Source: Octopus bimaculoides (taxonomy: Eukaryota). Taken from it: DNA of 64,000 bases. The notes under the pieces were generated by a model. That model worked only from the letters and a program-made list of their open reading frames with translations, had not been told where the DNA came from and did no database searches. Below, one piece after another: positions 21,745-32,625 of this stretch. Position 1 is the stretch's first letter; each line of letters starts with the position of its first letter. The translations under genes and the position numbers were made by a program. The stretch is taken from NCBI RefSeq assembly GCF_001194135.2, contig NC_069002.1, forward strand, positions 32,546,047-32,610,046, given 5' to 3'.

Positions 21745-23820
21745 GCGTGAGCGCTTGCATATGTGTGATGACTGTCAATCCGTGACCGAGGAAGACTATC
21801 ACTCACCGTTGCCCATGCCAAACGCCAGAACGATCATGCTTGAGGTTACTCTAGCAGCAGTTAATATTACTCGGGTTCGCACGTTCCATGCTTGCCACAA
21901 CATACTCCTACTCGACTGCGTCGGCGTTGATTGCTCGGCCTAAACTGCTGGGTCCAATAAGGCTTACACAACGTCTCACAGACACTCCCAACTTTATTGA
22001 CAAGCTTCCGAGACAAACCAGTATGGAATCTGGGATTACGATGATCTCAAACACAACTGAAAGAGCCCTAAAATATTCAATTCCGTTCCCTGCATATCTG
22101 TTTTTTTTTTTATCAGAACGACCTTCTGATATATAGATGTTAAAACATGTCTTAGAGACATATNNNNNNNNNNNNNNNNNNNNNNNNNNNNNNNNNNNNN
22201 NNNNNNNNNNNNNNNNNNNNNNNNNNNNNNNNNNNNNNNNNNNNNNNNNNNNNNNNNNNNNNNNNNNNNNNNNNNNNNNNNNNNNNNNNNNNNNNNNNNN
22301 NNNNNNNNNNNNNNNNNNNNNNNNNNNNNNNNNNNNNNNNNNNNNNNNNNNNNNNNNNNNNNNNNNNNNNNNNNNNNNNNNNNNNNNNNNNNNNNNNNNN
22401 NNNNNNNNNNNNNNNNNNNNNNNNNNNNNNNNNNNNNNNNNNNNNNNNNNNNNNNNNNNNNNNNNNNNNNNNNNNNNNNNNNNNNNNNNNNNNNNNNNNN
22501 NNNNNNNNNNNNNNNNNNNNNNNNNNNNNNNNNNNNNNNNNNNNNNNNNNNNNNNNNNNNNNNNNNNNNNNNNNNNNNNNNNNNNNNNNNNNNNNNNNNN
22601 NNNNNNNNNNNNNNNNNNNNNNNNNNNNNNNNNNNNNNNNNNNNNNNNNNNNNNNNNNNNNNNNNNNNNNNNNNNNNNNNNNNNNNNNNNNNNNNNNNNN
22701 NNNNNNNNNNNNNNNNNNNNNNNNNNNNNNNNNNNNNNNNNNNNNNNNNNNNNNNNNNNNNNNNNNNNNNNNNNNNNNNNNNNNNNNNNNNNNNNNNNNN
22801 NNNNNNNNNNNNNNNNNNNNNNNNNNNNNNNNNNNNNNNNNNNNNNNNNNNNNNNNNNNNNNNNNNNNNNNNNNNNNNNNNNNNNNNNNNNNNNNNNNNN
22901 NNNNNNNNNNNNNNNNNNNNNNNATATATATATACGTACACAAATAGACACATGCACACATATACATAAATACATACACACATACATAGATAATACATAC
23001 ATACATATATATGCTTTCTTATGCTTCTATGGAGTTACACTTTATAGATTTACAGTTTTAGCAAAGACACTCCACCTTCGCAAATACCAAAATACCAATA
23101 TCTTTTCTGAAAGAAAAAATAGAATAGAATTTCTAGTCTGTAAACAGAATTGAGTTATTTTCAGAACATGCCATTGTAATTCTTGACTTGGTATACAATT
23201 TCATTCAGAATATTTAAAATAATTTCTTCACGAAATATGACGTCAATTTATATTTGTGACAAAACAGCTAATCAAATAACGTTCTTTAGACATTAGCTGA
23301 AAGCAAACTTGCATAATTTGGCCTTGTAATCGTATGACAATAATTAAATATGAATATACATACGTATTTACAGGGTATAATTACAAGTAAATTAATAAAC
23401 ATGGTTGAAACAACCTTAGATTAAAATACCAGTGTGTACAACATGTAGGATGTAAGAACAATTGTGGAAAGCTGTGAGACGTTCTGGTGCAGCAGTCTTG
23501 GCGTTGCTTATCTGGTATTGCTGGTTCGACACTGGCTTATTTGAGAACAGACGTTTTAACGTTTCCTTCATTTTAACGATCCTCTCGTCGTTCTCTCTCT
23601 CTCTCCCTCTCTCTCTCTCTCTTTCTTTCCCCGCCCGTCTCTGTTTATGCCTGTCAGCATCTAGTTATGTTTGCATGTGTGTATAATATATGTCTTTCTC
23701 TCTTGCTCTTTCTCTCTCTATATCCCTCTTTTGATACGTGTGTGCCTTTAGTTATGATGTATGTATATATTAAGTCTCTCTCACTTTCTGTCCATCTGTT
23801 TAGGCGTGTGAACATCTACT

Positions 23821-23852
<32 letters not shown>

Positions 23853-23949
23853 AATCCCCAAAAAGAAGAACAAACACCTATAATACAACAACGCGAGGAC
23901 GTGGTACATGTAAAGTATTAGCAGGCGCTCAGGGAAATAAAGAAAGATG

Positions 23950-23984
23950 GTTTAACGTTTCGAGCAACACTTTTCTTCAGAAAC
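23950..23984 (-). ncRNA. Minimal type I hammerhead-like motif (unit A)
   Basis: Minus: GTTT-CTGAAGA-A-AAGT-GTT-GCTC-GAAA-CG-TT-AAAC. Intact core, 4-bp stem I and ACGT palindrome; the first pair of stem II is mismatched. Confidence 0.65.
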
Positions 23985-24059
23985 AAAGTTAAGTCCAATA
24001 GAAAGGCAGACGGAAGAAGAAAACGATTCATATGTGATTATATTACTGAAAAACAAAAG

Positions 24060-24200
24060 ACGAAGACATATGTATAAACAGCAAGCAGGTGTTTTAGTTT
24101 GACGCTCGGGAAAGTTAGAAAGCGTTTTTATGTTTCGAGCCTACACTCTTCAGCGGAGAGGAATAAGAGAAAATAAACAGAGAGAGAGAAAAAAAAAACT
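24060..24200 (-). mobile_element. Dispersed hammerhead-bearing repeat, same family as 28440-28590
   Basis: Shared GGCTCGAAAC.TAAAA.ACGCT...TTCC.GAGCGT.AAACTAAAACACCTGC. Confidence 0.75.
24125..24160 (-). ncRNA. Decayed minimal hammerhead-like motif (unit B)
   Basis: Minus: CCGCTGA-A-GAGT-GTAG-GCTC-GAAA-CA-TA-AAAA. Homologous to 28475-28510. Confidence 0.5.
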
Positions 24201-24806
24201 TGTGGGCGTAGCGAAATATATATATATATATATATATGCAAGATTCTGTAAGAGAGCTTGGTTCGTTCAAGAAACTACTAACTAATCAGCTGAAATTGAA
24301 AATACCGTAATTTTCAGTTGAAGAAATTCTGTGTCAGCAATTCTTCATTTTGGCATGTGAAGTCGATATGGAATCTCACGGCAGAAATTGCTAAAGCTAA
24401 TGGCGAACTAAGATGAGAGCAAATGAAAGACATTTGATATGAAAAGAATCATCAAAAGTGCTCTAGGTGTTTATCAGAAATATCAAGTAAATATTCCTTG
24501 TCTGTCTGCCTGTCTATCTGCCTGTCTGTCTGTCTGCTTCTCTCTCTTCTTCTTCTCTCTCTCTCACACACACACAAATGTGCATACAGGAAAAACGCAT
24601 ACATGTAAAGAGTAACGCACTGAAACAGAGAGTCACATGTAACGCATACAACAAAATGATGCAGTTACTTTCGCTCTCCCTTCCTCTCTCTCTCTCTGAG
24701 TGTCTCTCACTCTCATACACAGGCGTACGCTTGCGTAGATGATCATTAGAGTTGTGTGGGGGTGTATAATGATTGTGTCTGTGTGTTTCACTCAATATAT
24801 ATATAC

Positions 24807-24849
<43 letters not shown>

Positions 24850-25382
24850 NNNNNNNNNNNNNNNNNNNNNNNNNNNNNNNNNNNNNNNNNNNNNNNNNNN
24901 NNNNNNNNNNNNNNNNNNNNNNNNNNNNNNNNNNNNNNNNNNNNNNNNNNNNNNNNNNNNNNNNNNNNNNNNNNNNNNNNNNNNNNNNNNNNNNNNNNNN
25001 NNNNNNNNNNNNNNNNNNNNNNNNNNNNNNNNNNNNNNNNNNNNNNNNNNNNNNNNNNNNNNNNNNNNNNNNNNNNNNNNNNNNNNNNNNNNNNNNNNNN
25101 NNNNNNNNNNNNNNNNNNNNNNNNNNNNNNNNNNNNNNNNNNNNNNNNNNNNNNNNNNNNNNNNNNNNNNNNNNNNNNNNNNNNNNNNNNNNNNNNNNNN
25201 NNNNNNNNNNNNNNNNNNNNNNNNNNNNNNNNNNNNNNNNNNNNNNNNNNNNNNNNNNNNNNNNNNNNNNNNNNNNNNNNNNNNNNNNNNNNNNNTATAT
25301 ATATACATATACATTCAGGCAAATGTCGAACAATGAGAATGAGAGATCAACACCGCATTGGTGGATAAAATTCTTTCAGTTC

Positions 25383-25540
25383 CATTCTTCTATTCTTCCT
25401 TTTATTTGTTTCAGTCATTTGACTGCGGCCATGCTGGAGCACAGCCTTCTAATCGAAGAAATCGACCTCAAAACTTATCCTTTGTAAGCCTGGCACTTCT
25501 ATCGTTCTCTTAGGGCCGAACTGCAATGTTACGGGTATGT

Positions 25541-25545
<5 letters not shown>
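25383..25545 (-). mobile_element. SINE 3' module (CCAGCATGGCCGCAGTCAAATGACTGAAAC)
   Basis: Plus strand TTTCAGTCATTTGACTGCGGCCATGCTGGAGCAC; abuts (CA)n on its 5' side. Confidence 0.8.
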
Positions 25546-25576
<31 letters not shown>

Positions 25577-25803
25577 AAACACACACACACATAATTATTG
25601 CTAATTATAATTATAATTATAATTATAAATTTTATTCTCTGGGTATTTAACGCTATCATTACTTGCTACCTCCTATGTTGTTTGTTGTTATTATTATCAA
25701 TTATTAGAATTTACCGCTGATACGAATAACAATAAAGATATCTATATAAATATTCATCTGAAAATTTACTCCTTACACATACATACATACATACATACAC
25801 GCA

Positions 25804-26187
25804 TGTTGTTGGCCCTCCGTCGCTTACGACGTCGAGGGTTCCAGTTGATCCGATCAACGGAACAGCCTGCTCGTGAAATTAACGTGCAAGTGGCTGAGCA
25901 CTCCACAGACACGTGTACCCTTAACGTAGTTCTCGGGGATATTCAGCGTGACACAATGTGACAAGGCTGACCCTTTGAATTACAGGCACAACAGAAACAG
26001 GAAGTAAGAGTGAGAGAAAGTTGTGGTGAAAGAGTACAGCAGGGTTCGCCACCATCCCCTGCCGGAGCCTCGTTGGGCTTTAGGTGTTTTTCGCTCAATA
26101 AACACTCACAACGCCCGGTCTGAGAATCGACACCGCGATCCTATGACCGCGAGTCTGCTGCCCTAACCATTGGGCCATTGCGCCTTC
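25804..26187 (-). mobile_element. tRNA-derived SINE, full length and little diverged, with ...GGAACCCTCGACGTCGTAAGCGACGGAGGGCCAACAACA tail
   Basis: Minus head GGCGCAATGGCCCAATGGTTAGG (A box) and GGTGTCGATTCTC (B box). 5' part shared with 47930-48128; 3' part shared with 52076-52258. Flanked by (TACA)n on both sides. Confidence 0.9.
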
Positions 26188-26410
26188 ACTACATACATAC
26201 ATACATACATACATGCATCATTGTAAGTTTTACATTCTATATTTTGTAATCTCTTCCTTAATTTCTCTTTGTATTACTTATAACCTGTAACGAGACAATA
26301 TATACCACAAGTATAAAAGCGGATTTGCTATTCAGGCTAATAGGCATGAAGAATCGTCAATACAGCGTTTAGAAATTTATAGCTTCGTCTTCATGTATAT
26401 ATATGCGCTC

Positions 26411-26517
26411 ATTAAGTACCAGTTACGCACGGGGGTCGATATAATCGACTTAATCATTTTGTCTGTCCTTATTTGTCCCCCTCTATGTTTAGCCCCTTGT
26501 GGGCAATAAAGAAATAA
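26411..26517 (+). mobile_element. Deu/Nin-type SINE, 3' fragment (alternative tail)
   Basis: ATTAAGTACCAGTTACGCACGGGGGTCGATATAATCGACT matches the adjacent copy, then has a different tail ending GGGCAATAAAGAAATAAG. Confidence 0.8.
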
Positions 26518-26718
26518 GAAACGTTAGCACGCCGGGCGAAATGCTTAGCTGCATTTCGTTTGTCTTTCCGTTCTGAGTTCAAATCCCGTCAAGTTCGACT
26601 TTGACTTTCATCCTTTCGGGGTCGATAAATTAAGTACCAGTTGCGTACTAGGGTCGATGGAATCGACTTTTCCCCTCCCCCAAAATGTCGGGCCTTGTGC
26701 CTGGAGTCGAAAAGATTA
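26518..26718 (+). mobile_element. Deu/Nin-type tRNA-derived SINE lacking its first ~17 nt
   Basis: GAAACGTTAGCACGCCGGGCGAAATGCTTAGC...GAGTTCAAATCCC...TTTCATCCTTTCGGGGTCGATAAATTAAGTACCAG; aligns with 1321-1536. Confidence 0.9.
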
Positions 26719-27044
26719 TGTATGTGGACATACATGTNNNNNNNNNNTCTATACACATACATATATCTTTGCATTCATAGAGGTATGTGTATTTAGAAAT
26801 ATATATATGTGTGTGTATACAAATATATAGACACATACATATGTGAGCACTTTATATATGTATATTGATTGCGTGTGTATTTGCATACACGCACACATAT
26901 GCGTATGTTTAGAACATATACGTTTGTTCTAATCACACATACGTTTGCTTAGAACATTATATACGTATATGACTACGTTACGCGAGTGTATGCGCATGTG
27001 CGTGAAGTTTCACTTTTAAAAATACACAAAAACGTAATAAGTGC

Positions 27045-27113
<69 letters not shown>

Positions 27114-27511
27114 TGCATATATATATATATGTATGTGTGTATGTGTGCATGCGTGCGTGTGTGTATGAGTGTGTGTTTTGTGTATGTTTGTGTAGAAGAG
27201 AGAAATATCCTATACATGGTTACAAACACTTATATCTGTCTACTTTTCCAACCACTGCCACCGACAAGCGGTTATACGTATGTTTCTCTTCACCGTGTAA
27301 GAATATATTTATCTATTTATCCTCAAGTCTATCTATGTGTAATCATACACACATATATGACAGTATATCAGAGCTTAGTATCTTTTCATGACAGTTTTAC
27401 GACAATTAATGAGAAAAATCAAAAGCGATGATATAAATTCTATCAAAATCTCTTATCTCTGTATACATGAGCGTATACTGATATGTGTAAATGTATTTGT
27501 ATGCATATATT

Positions 27512-27544
<33 letters not shown>

Positions 27545-27939
27545 NNNNNNNNNNNNNNNNNNNNNNNNNNNNNNNNNNNNNNNNNNNNNNNNNNNNNNNN
27601 NNNNNNNNNNNNNNNNNNNNNNNNNNNNNNNNNNNNNNNNNNNNNNNNNNNNNNNNNNNNNNNNNNNNNNNNNNNNNNNNNNNNNNNNNNNNNNNNNNNN
27701 NNNNNNNNNNNNNNNNNNNNNNNNNNNNNNNNNNNNNNNNNNNNNNNNNNNNNNNNNNNNNNNNNNNNNNNNNNNNNNNNNNNNNNNNNNNNNNNNNNNN
27801 NNNNNNNNNNNNNNNNNNNNNNNNNNNNNNNNNNNNNNNNNNNNNNNNNNNNNNNNNNNNNNNNNNNNNNNNNNNNNNNNNNNNNNNNNNNNNNNNNNNN
27901 NNNNNNNNNNNNNNNNNNNNNNNNNNNNNNNNNNNNNNN

Positions 27940-27982
<43 letters not shown>

Positions 27983-28439
27983 TCTCTTCACATACGCATG
28001 CGCAAACACCATATACAAATACATCGAAGTTTAATTGTAATGTACCAGATGTTGCCTCGACAAAACTTCAACGACGGGTCTTATACAAAGTAGGTTTTTC
28101 ATGAAAGCAATATGAAGGTTTGAAAGCCATTAACTGGGGCTGTGTACAGATGTGTGTATAATCTTTGTTAAAGGTTAGCATGTACATCACTCTATAAGTG
28201 GCAGTTCATGTTGAAGTGGTTGTAGGAAAGTTAAAAGGACTGAAAGGTGGAGAATAAGTTCATAGAGAGTGTATAGTACAAAAGCACACCGCTGCCTCGG
28301 TACAGTGAGGTCTAAGACTATTACACATATACACGCTTGTATATATATATCATTTTATTATTATATCCATTTCATTTAACCTTTTTTTCCAGTCATCTCA
28401 CGGCTGAATGTTGGACGGCTGAATTTTTCTGTCTCCGTT

Positions 28440-28590
28440 TTTTTCATTCTCTCTCTATTTGTTTCCCTTTATTCCTTTCTGTCGAAGAGCGTGGGCTCGA
28501 AACGTAAAAGACGCTTACATTTTTCCGAGCGTTAAACTAAAACACCTGCTCCTTGTTGCTACACCTGTCTCCTTCTTCGTCAGAATTTTG
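28440..28590 (+). mobile_element. Dispersed hammerhead-bearing repeat, same family as 24060-24200
   Basis: Alignment to the reverse complement of 24060-24200. Confidence 0.75.
28475..28510 (+). ncRNA. Minimal type I hammerhead-like motif with A6U core variant
   Basis: CTTT-CTGTCGA-A-GAGC-GTGG-GCTC-GAAA-CG-TA-AAAG. Perfect 4-bp stems I and II and an ACGT palindrome; one core deviation. Confidence 0.7.
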
Positions 28591-28605
28591 GATAATTCTT
28601 TATTT

Positions 28606-28659
<54 letters not shown>

Positions 28660-29365
28660 GTCTATCTATCTATTCCTGTCTTTTTTCCCTTTCTCTCTCT
28701 CCCTCTCTCTCTATGTACATATATACGTATATATATAAAATTAATACGTACATATATGTATATATGTGTATGTGTGTGTATGTACGAGTGTGAGAGTGTA
28801 AATATATTTGTCTGTGTGTGTATGCATTTACATATTTGTTTGTTGGTATGCATGAATGACCGACATTGTAATTGTTTACTCTCTAACAAATACAGCAGCC
28901 CCTGTGTAACAGTTTAGATTCAGCTGTTCACGACCAGTGAGATATCAAACACGCGTTATCGATAGATTGCTCATTATTTGACTTAGCAAGGTACAATGCT
29001 CTGTCCAGCAGAGACGATATGGGATAAATAGTGTCGATGCCACCCGATTAAAACGTTGCATCGTGTTAGTAAATTAGGCCTTCACTACAAGGAACTCAGA
29101 ATTTACTCTGCCACGATTTTATTTAGAGATTATTGTAGTTTACCTTTCAGGTTTTATTTTCATTTGTTTTGTAATAGGTCGGCTGTTGTTGAGTTGAGGA
29201 TATAATTTATTTATTATGTTATGTTTTTATATAGGTAAAACTCAGAAGTGCTCTGTGACTAATTAATTACACATATATATATATACATTTATGCACTCCA
29301 TTAAATGTATACATGTATATACTTTTTTATTATCATCTGAATGGTATTTATATATAGATATATGC

Positions 29366-29398
29366 TTTCTGACGAAAAACAATGCCCGAAACGTCACA
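29366..29398 (+). ncRNA. Decayed hammerhead-like motif
   Basis: CTGACGA-A-AAAC-AAT-GCCC-GAAA-CG-TC. Core, ACGT palindrome and GUC triplet are intact, but stems I and II are largely unpaired. Confidence 0.3.
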
Positions 29399-29507
29399 CC
29401 CTTTTTTTGCATCATAAAATTTCTCTAAGCGTCAATTTAATACATTGACTGTGTACGTCATTTTGAATTTTGTTTCTCTTCCTGCTTCTTGTTTTTATTC
29501 TTCATTT

Positions 29508-29563
<56 letters not shown>

Positions 29564-29913
29564 TATATTAACTAAATACGTGTGTGTTTATATATATGTT
29601 CGTAAGCGTGTATTTACAGACAAGTATTTTACGGGAAGTACAGGCGTTAACAACACGCACACACATGTGTGTATATATGTAGAAATACACAAGTGTAAGT
29701 ATATGTGTATACACGTACGTAATCTGACAGATTTGAACCCGAAGTGAACGATTCAGAGACTAAAGGTGCCAACCATTAGATTAATGTTCTACACAATTCC
29801 TTGCCAATCATTATAACACACTTTCATGTTTTCGCACGATCAGCCATAAACCTTACATACAGTAAGTGTATATACCTGTACGTGCATGCTAACGTTTGTG
29901 ATTATGTATGCAT

Positions 29914-29952
<39 letters not shown>

Positions 29953-30429
29953 NNNNNNNNNNNNNNNNNNNNNNNNNNNNNNNNNNNNNNNNNNNNNNNN
30001 NNNNNNNNNNNNNNNNNNNNNNNNNNNNNNNNNNNNNNNNNNNNNNNNNNNNCACCACCACAATGACAATATGAGCTTTAAAAAACATGTATAACCTCGT
30101 GATTGCCGTCTCAACAAGATGGCGTTCTAAACAGACAAAACTCATAATGGAGGTTATTCACCTCAGATGGTTTCTTATGTCTTCTTTCTGTGTTTCGTTG
30201 AAAGATTTTCCTTGTGTATGTATGTGTGTTTGTGTAAACATACATGTCAATATGTTTATATGTGTACATGGCTGGCAGTATGTTATGTAAGATATGAGAC
30301 ATGTAGGACTGTCCATGCATTTTCGATGATGTTGTTAGTTATGTAAAAGAGACCATTTTTATTTTCTGAATAGAAATGAAACATGTTAAACTAGACACCC
30401 TGTGGGTTTGAATTTTAGTTTTATTCGAG

Positions 30430-31115
30430 GAATTGGAGAGGAAGATGGGTGAAGGGAGAAGGAGAGGGAGAAGAGGAGGAGGAGAGAGAGAGAGAGTCTG
30501 TGTGAAGGGAGGAGATAAAGGGGTAAAGGAGAGAGGGAGAGGGAGGGGAAAGAAAGAGGATAAAGAACAAAGAGAGAAAGTGGAGAGAGAATAGAGAAAA
30601 GATGGAAATGAGGAAAAGAGGAAAGGGAAGAGAGAGAGAGAGAGAGGGAGAGAGGGAGAGAGAGAAAGAGGGAGACAAGTAGAAGAAAGAAGAGAGAGAG
30701 GGGATTGGAGAAAGAGAGAAAGTGGAGAGAAATAGAAGAGAAGAGAGAAATAGAAAGGCGATGAAAAAGTGAAAATGAGAAAATGAAAGTGATAGGAAGA
30801 GGAAGAGAGAGGGAGAGAGGGAAAATGATAGAGAGAGAGATAGATGGAGAGTGAGAAGGAAGTAGATGATGATAGAAAGGGAGAGTAAGAGAATGAGAGG
30901 GAGAGAGAGAGAGAGGGGGGTACGTGTAGAAGAAAGAATAGCAAGAAAAACGGGAAAGAAAATTAAGAAAGAGAAAAGAGAAAGAGGGAGAGAGGAAGGA
31001 GAAAGAGAGAGAGAGAAGAAATGGATGACAAAGGAGAAAGAGAGAGGAAGGGAAAAAGAGAGAGAACCAGAGAGAGACGGAAAGAGAGAGTACAAGAGAG
31101 AAATTGGAGAGAGAT
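30430..31115. repeat. Long polypurine (GA-rich) low-complexity tract
   Basis: About 690 bp, overwhelmingly A/G on the plus strand. Confidence 0.92.
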
Positions 31116-31950
31116 GAGAAATAAGGAAACATGCTTCAACGTAAAGGTATGTCTACCTTTAAACTTTGTATTAGTCTTCCATTAGACCTTGCGGACGAAA
31201 GTATGTAGTCTTGCCTGCCTTTGTACGTACGCCTCTACTTGTGTGTATGTGTGGTAGTACCTATATNNNNNNNNNNNNNNNNNNNNNNNNNNNNNNNNNN
31301 NNNNNNNNNNNNNNNNNNNNNNNNNNNNNNNNNNNNNNNNNNNNNNNNNNNNNNNNNNNNNNNNNNNNNNNNNNNNNNNNNNNNNNNNNNNNNNNNNNNN
31401 NNNNNNNNNNNNNNNNNNNNNNNNNNNNNNNNNNNNNNNNNNNNNNNNNNNNNNNNNNNNNNNNNNNNNNNNNNNNNNNNNNNNNNNNNNNNNNNNNNNN
31501 NNTATATATATATATATATATATGTATGTATATATATACGTGTGTGTACATGCGTGTGTGCATGTGTGTGTGTGTGTTTCCAAGAAGCACCGTAATCTGA
31601 TCTTTCCAAGAATGCAGGTTATTCAGTTCGTTGCTGCTAATGATAGCCTCAGGTGATACAGACTTATTCAAGTTACAGAGACTTATTGAATAGCTTAACT
31701 ATAACACTAACCTTAACACTAACCCTTCTTCTTGTGGCAATCTTTCTTTCGAACTTTATTAAAAGATTTTTCATTATAATATACATATCTCTACTGCATT
31801 CACTCCAAATATAAAAACACTGAAACAAGCCCACACATATCAAAAGGTTCAAGTACACGCGAGCGCGCTCACACAAACACACACACATACACACATATAT
31901 CTACAAATACATATATGCAGATGCCCAAAGACCTCTATTACCATATAGGA

Positions 31951-32024
<74 letters not shown>

Positions 32025-32040
32025 CCTATCTATCTACCTA
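31951..32040. repeat. (TATC)n tetranucleotide microsatellite
   Basis: Direct reading. Similar arrays at 19640-19720, 28609-28670, 45593-45695 and 62819-62897. Confidence 0.97.
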
Positions 32041-32251
32041 TATATGAATAAACACACTCACACATGTCTATATATATTCACACAATACATACCTGTTTGT
32101 ATGTATGTATATACACATACATACATACGCATACATTTACAAAGATATACATTACATGTATCTGTATGCATATACATATATGTATGTAAACTTTTCTAGC
32201 TATCTATAAACATACACACAGGTAAATCCAACGACAGATGTAAATATATAT

Positions 32252-32348
<97 letters not shown>

Positions 32349-32479
32349 GATAAATATTTACCTATGTAGTACATATATTCTACGAATGTGTCTCGTGATA
32401 TATAATAACATATATATACATATGTATCTACCTATAAGCAGGACACATGTACAAATATATACAAAAGCAGGCGCAGATG

Positions 32480-32625
32480 TTTTCGGCGATTTTCTGAAGA
32501 GTCCCCGTCTACCACATTCCACTTACAATATATTTGGTAACTTAGGGCAAGACTAGAAAACAATTAACCGATGTGGCGCTCAGTAGGAATGAACTTCGGA
32601 ACCACAGACTCGCCAGGACTCATAT
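32480..32625 (-). mobile_element. Highly diverged CORE-type SINE fragment
   Basis: CCGTCTACCACATTCCACTTACAA...TTTGGT...AGGAATGAACTTCGGAACCAC parallels 43763-43929. Confidence 0.55.

Noticed and set aside
31699-31726. TAACCCT-like repeats
   Set aside because: Only two or three degenerate units; insufficient for a telomeric array.
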